Of a DNA stretch of 64,000 nt, positions 1 to 10,748 are shown one piece after another; position 1 is the stretch's first letter, and the number at the start of each line of letters is the position of its first letter. Position numbers and translations under genes: made by a program. Below the pieces are notes generated by a model that made no database searches, was not told where the DNA came from, and worked only from the letters and a program-made list of their open reading frames with translations. The stretch is from Utricularia gibba. Taxonomy: Eukaryota > Plantae > Magnoliophyta. Location of the stretch: the NCBI GenBank assembly GCA_002189035.1, contig NEEC01000015.1:1922001-1986000 (forward strand). The letters are read 5' to 3'.

Positions 1-398
1 CCTTCTCATTTAATCACTTGGATGATTAAGAATTAATTACGCTTGAGTTTCCTAATCTCCCTTTTAATGCTTCTTGTAATCTGTACGTCTTATGGTATAG
101 TGCTGTCACACGCCCATTTCCTCATTAAATTAAAACTATTTCACATTAAATCGAAAACTAAATTGCAAAGTAATTATTTATAATGAATTTAATAATTAAA
201 CATGGGCTGGGCCAGCATTAAAAAAATCGGGCCGTGGAAAGTATCCCGAGCCCAATGAGCTTGGTGACGGTGAGATACGTGGGCCCCACCTCTGAAAGGA
301 TACCAACGCGGTTTCTCTTCCTTCTTCTTGGGACTGCGCCTCCTCATTCTCAAGTGTGAGCGCCTTGAGTTAACTTGCTACATTTCCGTACGAGATCC

Positions 399-1029
399 AT
401 GGGGAACGTTTTGTTTGCACTCCTCGCATTCTGTGTTGTGCCTTCCATTGCAGCTGCTCGTTACGGCGGGGATCCTCTTTTGCTCAAGGGATCTGTGTAC
501 TGCGATACATGCCGGTGCGGCTTCGAGACTCCCGCCTCAACGCGCGTCGCTGGTAAACCGTCTCCCTCGTTCTTCTTTCCGATTGTCTTAGCTTTGCTGG
601 ATCTGAGAATGTAACGGTTGGGAATTCAAATCGGTTTACTGCTGTTTGTTTTGTTTTGTCTCCGTGTTTCATACGAGTAACATCTTTTTTGTTTCCTTGA
701 ATTCTGTAGGCGCGGTTGTGAGAGTAGAGTGCAGGAACAGGAAGACCTCTGAGCTAACCTACATCAAGGAGGCGGTCACCGATTCAGCGGGAAAGTACAA
801 TATCCTGGTGCAAGATGACCGCGGTGATGACATATGCGACGCCGTTTTGGTGGAAAGCTCAGATCCGGAGTGCAGCGTCCCAAGCGCCGGCCGAGACAGG
901 GCGCGCGTCATCCTCACGGCTAACAACGGCATGACCTCGAATTTCCGTTTCGCCAACGCCATGGGCTTCCTTAAGGCTACTCCATTGGCCGCCTGCTCCC
1001 AGATTCTTCAGAATTACCTGGAGGATTAA
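399..1029 (+). CDS. Pollen Ole e 1 allergen/extensin family protein (2 exons: 399-552, 710-1029)
   Basis: Signal peptide MGNVLFALLAF, then GSVYCDTCRCGFET and VRVECR...DICDAVLVESSDPEC motifs; GT-AG intron 553-709 joins the frames. Confidence 0.9.
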
Positions 1030-1689
1030 GGGGTTGGCAGTTTACTAATTACTTTACATTCCATTTAATTGTGATCCACATGGCTCGCTTTAACTAGGGG
1101 GTCTATGCCTATTAGTGTTTGCTAATCACTATAATTCCTGTTTTTCTACTATTTCCTTGTGACTTCATGAACTCGGTGTTAATGCAATGTTTAGAATGAT
1201 TTATGACTTACCCCGGATTTTTGTTACTCTTACTCATAAATTTACTGTAGTATGGCCCCTTGTGTGACATGTGATGATACCAAAAGGCCTCACTATGAAA
1301 GTGTTCCTCAAGCTTGTGAACTATGAATTGATTGACCTTCAACCCCGAAACGTGGCATCATTGGGCGTGGCTTATTTCATTTGGCCAAGGTGTGGGTTGT
1401 TAAATTAACTTTTTCTTTTTCAGAAAAAATGCCGTGGCCTTTGTCTGCTGTATATTCCGGCCAGGCCTGGCGCCACCGGTTCTGGTGCATAGACATGTGG
1501 GGGACAAATAGTGATCACGTTGAACTTTCTCTGTTGCTCCTCCATCCACTCTGAGTTCTCACTGCTTCACTTTGTTTCTTTCTTGTTCATGTGATCCCAA
1601 GGAGGTTGCTCTTTCTTTTTGTGTGTATTAATTTTCAAGCTTTTTTTTCTGGTTTTCCCGTGTTTTTGAGATGAAACAGGTTTGGTTTA

Positions 1690-2230
1690 ATGGCCGCAAC
1701 CTTGGATGTTTATGATCCTTACAAAGAAGAGCTTCTTATTATGCAGAAGGCCCTTCAACCTTTTATGAAAACGTCTGCTTCACATCCTACTTGGTCTCAT
1801 GGCTAACTCAAAATCTGAAGCCGCTGTCTGTAACCCATTATTCTTGGATCCCCTTACGCAGTGTCAGGCTGTTGGCATCCATCCATCCCTCAGTTTCAGC
1901 TCCAGCAACGGATTCCCAATCAAAAGACACAGAAACGGGTGAGGCTTTTCAGGGGAGCGAGGGCGGCATAGCCCCTGGGGGCAATGGGTGGCTGAGATCC
2001 GAGTTCCTAGAAATAGAACCAGGCCCTGGCGCGCAACTTTCCCTCGCTATAAGCAGCAGTAGTCCACTGATTCCAAGCCCTTGAGTTCATCATCAGTTGA
2101 TGCAACACGGGGATCCAGAAATACCCAATATATGTATGTTGCCATCGGTTGTTGGAGAACGCTCCTGCCTCCGCAGATTGAGTTCATCACATAGTAAAAT
2201 ATCCCATGCTCATCGGGCCAGGGCCCAGGA
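1690..2230 (+). pseudogene. Degenerate DREB A-6 / RAP2.4-like AP2/ERF gene
   Basis: ATG 1690 reads MAATLDVYDPYKEELLIMQKALQPFMKTSAS and then stops. AP2 remnant at about 1942-2040 (RLFRGAR / [22 protein letters not shown]), KPLSSSSVDA at about 2075-2104 and KYP at about 2197. The pieces are split by stops and frameshifts. Confidence 0.75.
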
Positions 2231-2982
2231 ATCACGAATTCCAGCCAACCCAAGGGTAAAACTGGGATTGTGTCAAAAGCCCATCGGGAGCCGGTTTCTC
2301 CGATGCGGCGAAACCCGACGGAGACAGAAAAGTAAATGACGTTGTGGTTGTACTGTTAGTCGACGATGACTGAAATCGAAATGGCCGGCGTCCACTGCAG
2401 CCGTATAAATTTGTTTTATTGCAACTATCTTTTTGGATGAATAAGAGCAATTGCCGTCTCTATTGCTCCTTGCAGCGGTAACCGTCACACCCCTTTGAGT
2501 TCTTAACTCCATGAGAGGAACTTGGAATCTTGGCGTATCTTTTTCCTTAATTGTCCGTTTGGTTGTCCCCTGCTCCATCAATTCACTGCATCCTACTTTA
2601 TTGCCCTTTTTTTTTCCTTTCGTTATGCTGAAATTAAATAATTGATTTTGAAAAAATAATATAAAAAATGTGGAACTTGGTACTGCTAGAGCGAGTGTAC
2701 TTGTGCTACTACTGTAGTAGGCGGTGGGTTTCGCTTGAGATTGCCAGCTCAGCAAACCGTGTAGCGTCATGGTCAGCGGTATTTAATTCTATTTCGGCGG
2801 CTGGATCACGCGCCTTCCCTCGATAAAACGCAGCACGAGATTCGTTTTCCAAGTTGAGGAGAGAGGATACTCTCGTGCTGGCTCTCGAGGTCTGCTGTCA
2901 AGTTCTTCTGCCGCGGGATTGAGGTTGTTGAGTAGGTGGATGAGCGGAGAGACGAGGAGAGTCCGCGATGTGATGCGATGCG

Positions 2983-5900
2983 ATGGGGGAGAGCAGGCTT
3001 TGTGCACCTAACGCTCGGCTGGGTTCGTTTTGTGCTTTCTTGCTATCTTCCGTTCCTCATTTCTTCTAATGATGTTAGTTTACGGTTGCGGATGCTGTAG
3101 ATGTTGAGCAGATATTAGTGGAAGCGCAGCATCGCTGGCTTCGCCCTGTTGAGATTTGTGAGATTCTTCACAATTATAGGAATTACCGTCTAACCAAGGA
3201 GCCTCCGAATAGACCACCGAGTAAGATCTATTATTCTGAAAAATTTTTTGTTGTTGAGCATATCGGAACTGGTGCTGGTACAAAACGTTTGTTAAGTGAA
3301 GAGAGTGACGATGATTTACGTACATCTTTTAGGTGGCTCGCTCTTTCTGTTTGATCGAAAGGTGGTGCGCTATTTCCGAAATGACGGCCATAACTGGAGG
3401 AAGAAGAAGGATGGGAAAACTGTGAAGGAAGCACATGAACGACTCAAGGTGGATATTATTCAGCACCTTTTGCGAGATCGTACTGCTCGCCGTGTTTATA
3501 GAATTCTTACGAGGATGCCATCTTTCAGGTTGGAAGTGTGGATGTTCTGCACTGCTACTATGCTCATGGAGCGGAGCAGGAAAATTTTCGCAGGCGTAGC
3601 TACTGGTTGCTTGAAGAGTACGAACTAAAACGCTTGTTACTCTGCTGCAGTCTATAGGATTGATACCTTCAATTTTCGAAGGTTATCTGTTTTCATGGCA
3701 TGTTTAATCTATCTGAAGAATTATGTTTTCTCCAGGGAACTCTCTCATATTGTTTTTGTACACTATCTGGAAGTGAAGGTAATGATATAAATTCTTCTCA
3801 TTTATTTTTCAGCATCTGCTACTATGTCCGATTGTTGTATCCGAAACAATATATTTGTGAGGTTTAACTTTAAGAATTAGAATAATTTGAAAAATTTGAG
3901 TCTGAGATCTCTTTGGTCTGTGACCCTAATTTGCTGATCCTCGGTTGTTCATATTTCCTTGATGGTTAGCAGCTTACTCTTTCCAAATTTTATGGTTTGA
4001 CCTTTCATAGGGGAACAAAGAATCATGGTTTACAAGCAAGAATTCTTATAATTCACAAACTGAAGAATATGGGTACAACAACCACGAGGTGGTCAGTTCA
4101 TCAACATCTACATTTCAACCATTTTATCACAAGGGATGTTCACAAGTTTCTGATACAACCACTTTTAATGGCACTCCAGCTTCTGAATGGGAAGATGCCG
4201 AATCAGGTATTTTTCTAGACAGTTCAACATTTCACTGTTAATCTGTTGATGTGCTTAAAGTTTGATGTGATCTATCTTTCATTCTTCAAATGTGATAATG
4301 ACTTTCATTTGATGTTTCCAACATTGTTGACTCTTCAGAATACAGAAACTCTTCAAGTCCTAGTATCCACAGTAACGTTGATAGACAACCACTGATAAAG
4401 ATTGGAGTTGGCTCTGTTCCTTACCCTACTGCCCTTATGTCAAGTAATGTGCTAAAAGCCCAGTTATATATCCACGTGTTCGTTTTGTTTCTCATCTATA
4501 GTATGGCTCGTATGATCATCTTCTCTGATCCATTATTTGTGATAATATTCAGATGGAAACTATCAAGGACCGTTTTCAGCTAATTCTTCTTTGAATTTGA
4601 GATCACCTTCTCACGGAGGAAGTCATCAAAATCATGGGGCGCAGACTTGGCAGAACCTTGTTCAAAGAAACAAAGCTGGTTATCAATCTGATAGCTCACT
4701 GAAATTACCTCCTACCCAGTTAAGTGCATTAAGTACCATTCATGGCATGGTAATGAACTTCTGGATCATATTGTTTCTGGGATTACAAAGAAAAACACGA
4801 GCTCTTCAGATCATGTCAATGGCTTGGAAGATATCCAGGTATTAGGTGAAATCCCCTCATGGAAAAAAATGATTGTTGTATATTTCTTTTGATGCAGATT
4901 TAATTACATTTCATCTTGTTGATTACAAAAGTGTATTTTATTATAACGTGCATAGAAATTCCTGATTTTGAACGTTGTGCAGGTTTCTGATGATCATGCA
5001 CAACGCATAGAAAAATGTTCTGAAGATGAGAAGTCAGATAGGGTCATTAATTCCTTCCATGTTGACCATTCATCATTCAGGAAACCTTTATTCGACATTT
5101 GCCCTGAATTGAAAGCTGCAAGTGAACTAGACTTGGATGAGTTCATTGGGATAATCAATCCATGTGTGACTGACCAAGGATCTAACCCTATTCAGCTTGA
5201 ATTGGAGTTGCAAGCTCTGATAGCTGAAGGCGGTTCCAGAAATCATGTTCTGACAACACTGAGAGTGTAGAGATTGGTAAAAATTACACAGCATTGAGAA
5301 AACCTCTATTGAAGGGTATTCATGATGGTCTGCAGAAGGTAGATAGTTTTGATCGCTGGATGAGCAAAGAGCTTGGGGATGTTGCTGAACCAGCCAGTCA
5401 CCCCACTTCTGAGACATGCTGGGACAATGTTGGTGAAGATGGTGATTCTGGTATTCCTGTTCAAGTACCCGTAGAACAACTCTTTAGCATTATTGACTTC
5501 TCCCCAAATTGGGCATATACAGATTCCGGTGTTAAGGTTTGTCAATTGACATCTTTGAGCAATCTAAAAGTATTTATCTACGTTTTTTATATCAAAAGAG
5601 ATTATTGATACCATGGTTTTCTATGACGCTAGGTGCTTATTATGGGAAAATTTTTAAGGAGCTCAGAGGAGGTGAGAAAGCACAAGTGGGCCTGCATGTT
5701 TGGTGAACATGAAGTACCTGCTGAAATCATATCAGGTGGTGTTCTTAGGTGTCACACACCCTTGCACGCAAATGGACGAGTTCCGTTTTACATAACATGT
5801 TCCAACAGGTTGGCATGCAGTGAGGTAAGAGAATTTGAATTCCGCCCGAATGTTGAGAATGCTGGATGCACACATCTTGATGAAACTACCCTTCACATGA

Positions 5901-7407
5901 GATTCGGAAAGTTGTTGTCTCTAGGATCCAGCAGTTCACTAACTTATGTGCAGAGTTGTCCACTTGAAAGCTCAGACTTATGCAGCAAAATTATTGCATT
6001 GCTGCAAGACGACAAGGAGTGGGAAATAATGTTAAACTTTACCAACCAAGATGAGCAGAGTGGTAAGGATCAGTTACTACAGAAGCTTTTAAAAGAAAAG
6101 CTGCAAGTTTGGCTTATACAGAGGATTTCTGAAGGTGGGAATGGTGCTAGTGTGTTAGATAAAGGTGGCCAAGGTGTACTTCATTTTGCATCAGCTTTAG
6201 GCTATCAATGGGCTATAGTCCCCACGATCGCGGCTGGAGTTTGTGTTGACTTTCGCGATGTAAATGGATGGACTGCACTTCACTGGGCAGCATTTTATGG
6301 TAGAGAGCGTATGGTGGCCCTTCTCATCTCTCTTGGAGCTGATCCAGGAAAAGTTACTCATCCCACAGCCAAGACCCCTGGAAAAACTCCTGCAGATCTT
6401 GCCTCAAGTAACGGCCACAAAGGCATCGCCGGCTATCTGGCTGAATCAGCACTGAGCAGTCACGTATCTTTGCTCGAGTTGGATTCTGATAGAAGTTCAA
6501 GGGCAAGAGAAACAACATCCAAGTGGTTAGTAGCTCCAGTTAGTGATGGCCACGCAGCTCATGGGTCATTGAAGGAGTCATGGCTGCTGTGCACAATGCA
6601 ACACAAGCTGCTGCTCGCATCCATCAAGTCTACAGAATTCAGTCATTTCAAAGAAAGCAGCTTAGGGAGTATGGCGACACCCAACATGGTGATCGAGCTC
6701 TCTCTCTTCTGGCTTTCAAACCCAAGAAGACAGTTCAAAATTTTGAGCCTGTTCATGCTGCTGCCACAAGGATACAGAACAAGTTCCGTGGTTGGAAGGG
6801 CAGAAAAGACTTCCTCCTCACTCGGCAGCGCATAATCAAAATTCAGGTACAATTTCAACAATCGCCACATTGTTAGTAAATGTTTCACCTTCGCAAATAA
6901 CAACTTTTTAGTTTCTTTTTTTGAAACCAAAAGGCTGTTGTTAGAGGACACCAGGTAAGGAAACGCTACAGAAAGATAATCTGGTCCGTAAGATTTCTGG
7001 ACCGGGTCATCCTACGGTGGAGACGCAAGGGAAGAGGGCTGAGTGTATTCAAGCCTTCCAGTGATGACACAGAGGACGACTATGATTTCCTGAACGATGG
7101 TAAACGCCAGTCAGAAGTGAGACTGCAGAAAGCTGTTGCCAGAGTAAAATCAATGGTTCGATACCCCGAAGCCCGTGATCAATACGGCCGGTTGCTCAAT
7201 GCAGTCGCGGAAATGCAGGGAATGATGGTAAGATTCCCCTTTCTTATCCAGATCAAACCATTTTGTGCCAGAAGTCTCTTAGCCATCCTCCTCCTTCTCA
7301 TGCAGGCTGCTTACGAACAGATCCTCCACACCCCAGAAGCCGATCTCGATGACGACCTGATCCGTCTGGATGCCCTGCTTGAGGATGAGACTCTCATGGA
7401 GGTGTAA
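2983..7407 (+). CDS. CAMTA3: Calmodulin-binding transcription activator (CAMTA3/SR1-like); apparent -1 frameshifts near 4720, 5240 and 6580
   Basis: Exon 1 MGESRLCAPNARL (2983-3022), CG-1 domain (EAQHRWLRP, YFRNDGHNWRKKKDGKTVKEAHERLK), TIG domain (FSIIDFSPNW, WACMFG), ankyrin repeats (GWTALHWAAFYGRE) and IQ motifs (AATRIQNKFRGWKGRK). Confidence 0.9.
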
Positions 7408-7991
7408 GGACACCCCCTCTTAGTGAACTAAGTACTCCAGTCACAAAGCTCTAAAGGTACAAAACTAAGCCAAGTGTATAAATGCAAGGAGGATTGTAGC
7501 CAAGCCATGGATAAATAGATGTAAAGGTGTGTAGTAGTTAAATGTAGCAGTCACAAAATCAGGCCTAATGCGGTTAGCCACTGTGTTTACTTACTGCTTG
7601 CTTAGAAAGAAGAGTTGGCCATTTAACTGATGGATAATATATTGGAACGGTTAAAATTGAAAGCATAATTATAATATAAAGTTTACAATACATATAAAAA
7701 ATTAAATTTTGGTTCTTTAAAAAATTAATACGAAATAATTGTAATTTTAACCGACATGGACTGTAAACGTAATAAAAAAATTAAGGAATAAAAAAACATA
7801 GAGGTTTTTCCTTAATTTTTCAGGTTTCATCAACTAACTACTAGTATCAATGATCATCTTATAGTTATTAAATATTATTTAACATAATTAATATTTCAAA
7901 TTGTTTATTATTTTACGATCCAAAAAAAAAATAGGGGGAGAATCTTATCTTGAATCGTGAAAGCAGTGCTGGTGTGGGAAAGCAAGGCAAG

Positions 7992-9337
7992 ATGACGATG
8001 AGTCTCTCCGTTTCAAGCTTCGTCTTCCCGAAATCAAGCTCTTGGAAAACCTCGGCGTCTTCGTCTGCTTTCCATGGAGTCAAAATGGGGCATTTGTGCC
8101 TCTCCGGCCGCGCTTACACATCTCTGGCAACTGGTCGTTCTTCGTCAGTGGTGATGATGGCAAAGAGAGAGGAGGAACTGAAGGAAATCCGGGCGAAATC
8201 AACCGAAGAGATAAATGAAGAAATTGTGGATCTTAAAGGGGAACTTTTTATGCTTCGTCTCCAGCGTTCTGCTCGGAATGATTTCAAACCCAGCGAATTT
8301 CACCGGATGCGCAAAAGGGTAACCCTCTTTTCGTTTCAAACTTGCGAAATCCCTACCTTTTCTACTTGGTTCTGAGTTTTATTTTTCTCCGTTTGTGCTT
8401 CATTGCCCTTAATCTGAAATCCGGATCAATTGCTTCTTGTGGGTGTAGCTTATTTTAGATTTGTTTGATTCTGGATTCAGTTGTGTGTGAGATTCATCCT
8501 TAAGTTTCCTGTTTTTGGCTGATTCAGGCTATGAAATGGGATGAAATAGAAACAAATTTAAAGGTTAATGGTGATAGAAAAAGTCATTCTGAAACCAGAA
8601 TTTCTACTATTTTCAAAGGGACTGTTCATCGAGTTTTTGGGATACCAGAATGTTTATTGTTATGCTTGAAGGACGTACTTGTGAAACCATGGTTTCTCCT
8701 TTTTAGGATGAGGAGCCTCCATTAGCTATGAGACAGTAGTTTCTTCTTTTAATATGGGAAAAGGCAATTGAATACAGTCAAATGAGACTCGTTTGCACTA
8801 TTTTAGTGTGCTTCCCATTTGAATGCATGCCAATTCCACAATTTCCCATTAATCTTTAACAGTGAAAGCTCTGTATATGAATTGCCTGCATTCCCTGGAA
8901 AAGCGAATGAAACCTTGAGATTGTTTCAACCTCAATCCACCGACCGCTTAGCTTAGGAAAACTGGATTACATCCTCCTTGCTCATCTGTTCATATGAAAA
9001 GCACATCATCATCAAGATCATTTGTAGAGGTTCTTCCTTCAGCTTATTTTCGGTGCAGCTTTGCCCCTAGTCAGATGCCGTCGAACTGCAAAACCCGTAA
9101 TCCGATTTATCTTGCTCTTACACACCCTTGACTGCTCATGTTTCGGTTGCTTGGTGCGTTTTGTGACAGGTTGCTCGAATGATGACTGTGAAGAGGGAGA
9201 GAGAACTGGAAGAAGGCGTTGGCCGGAGATTATCCCGAAAACTAGACAAGCAGTGGAAGAAGAGTATCGTTCCTAGACCTCCACCGTCGCTGTTGAAACT
9301 CCGGGAAGAAGAAGCCGCTGCTGAGGCCAAGGAATAA
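7992..9337 (+). CDS. RPL29: Chloroplast 50S ribosomal protein L29 (exons 7992-8318, 9170-9337)
   Basis: Ser-rich transit peptide, ELKEIRAKSTEEINEEIVDLKGELFMLRLQ, RMRKR|VARMMTVKRERE; the GT-AG intron preserves frame. Confidence 0.92.
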
Positions 9338-9625
9338 GATGCCTGTGGAGCAGCAAATTCAGTGACTGGTGGCCTTCTTTTTGTTTTGTAATTTTTAGTA
9401 ATCTGGAATATTAGAAATGGGACCCCCACATTTTACTTTATTTTATATTGGGTCGCGGGTGTTAAAAATTAATTTTTTAACCCGTCGCATTCTGCACGTG
9501 TCAATTTCTGATTCAATGGGAAGTCAACATTCCCTGGTCTACTCCCAGTGATAAAACAAATCCCCTTTGCCTGATCTTCGTTCTTGCGAAGTCTGTTCGC
9601 CCAAATCCATTTACCGGTGATACTT

Positions 9626-10624
9626 ATGGCGTTTGTGGGCGATTCACGTCGCAACCCAGCCGCCATAAAGCCATCGGAATCTTCCTCCTCTGGCCCAGCG
9701 GGGACGCGGTGGTGCGTGGATCCCCGAACCCCCTTGATGAATCTTTCTGCGGTTCAAGCTCGAATGGACTCGCTCCAAAAATTCCTCTCCGATTCCGTTA
9801 ACAGCAACACCTTGCTTGGTCAGCAACAGATGGACACCGTGGCTTCTGAGATTTCATCGGCGATTCAGGAGATAATCGTCAATGGCGCTGCGCTCCTGTC
9901 TTCCAATTACTCAATTTCGCCATCGCAACCCAATCTGAATCCGGAACTGGGCCAGAGAAAAGTGGATTCGAGTCCAAAAATTCCGATCTCTGTAGATGAT
10001 TTGGAAGACTGTGAGATAATCGAGATGGATGCGGTTGAGTTGCTAGCGGAGAATGTCCATTTTTGTGAAATTTGTGGTAAAGGTTTCAAACGTGACGCGA
10101 ATCTGAGGATGCATATGAGGGCCCATGGTAACCAGTTCAAGACGCCGGAAGCGCTGGGGAAACCCAGAAAAAATGAAGATTCCAACAGCGGTAGAATCCG
10201 ATTTTCGTGCCCTTTCGTGGGCTGCAACAGAAACAAGCAGCACAAGAAATTCAGACCCTTGAAAACCGCGGTTTGCGTGAAGAATCACTTCAAGAGAAGC
10301 CATTGCCCCAAGACGCATTCTTGCACACGATGCAACAAGAAGAGCTTTTCAGTTATCGCGGATTTGAAAAGCCATTTGAAGCTCTGTGGCGAGAGCAAAT
10401 GGAGATGTTCATGTGGTACCAGCTTTTCAAGGAAGGATAAGCTATTTGGACATATGGCGCTTTTTGAAGGCCATATGCCGGCGGTGGGGGAGGAGCCGGA
10501 GAAAGGCAAGGCAGCGGCGGCGACCGCCCATGATAATGACTACTTTGATGACGGACTGTTTGATGGTTTGGATCCTATTGAAGACTACTGCTTTCAGCAT
10601 CTGATCAATTCACCTGATACTTGA
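9626..10624 (+). CDS. STOP2: STOP1/STOP2-like C2H2 zinc-finger transcription factor (intronless)
   Basis: HFCEICGKGFKRDANLRMHMRAHG, CVKNHFKRSHCPK and CSCGTSFSRKDKLFGHMALF are diagnostic of the STOP family. Start ATG is uncertain (9626 or 9737). Confidence 0.88.
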   Translation: MAFVGDSRRNPAAIKPSESSSSGPAGTRWCVDPRTPLMNLSAVQARMDSLQKFLSDSVNSNTLLGQQQMDTVASEISSAIQEIIVNGAALLSSNYSISPSQPNLNPELGQRKVDSSPKIPISVDDLEDCEIIEMDAVELLAENVHFCEICGKGFKRDANLRMHMRAHGNQFKTPEALGKPRKNEDSNSGRIRFSCPFVGCNRNKQHKKFRPLKTAVCVKNHFKRSHCPKTHSCTRCNKKSFSVIADLKSHLKLCGESKWRCSCGTSFSRKDKLFGHMALFEGHMPAVGEEPEKGKAAAATAHDNDYFDDGLFDGLDPIEDYCFQHLINSPDT

Positions 10625-10748
10625 TAGTTCAGGTTGGGTTCTTCTTCCTCTTCATTTCATGTACTGCACTTGTTGGTTACAAGCCTGCGATGATTTGTGT
10701 GAACAAAGTATTCAAATAATGAATAGAGTTGCAGATTCCCCGTTCAGA

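Noticed and set aside
2273-2770. 165-aa minus-strand ORF with faint echoes of SBP-box (AYYS, HNERKKK) and FabZ (VAIK...GHF) motifs
   Set aside because: Motif spacing and intron position fit neither family; it overlaps the CAMTA promoter, so it is probably chance.
9001-9024. CATCATCAAGAT, a partial complement of miR172, in the RPL29 intron
   Set aside because: Only 12 nt match and no hairpin partner.
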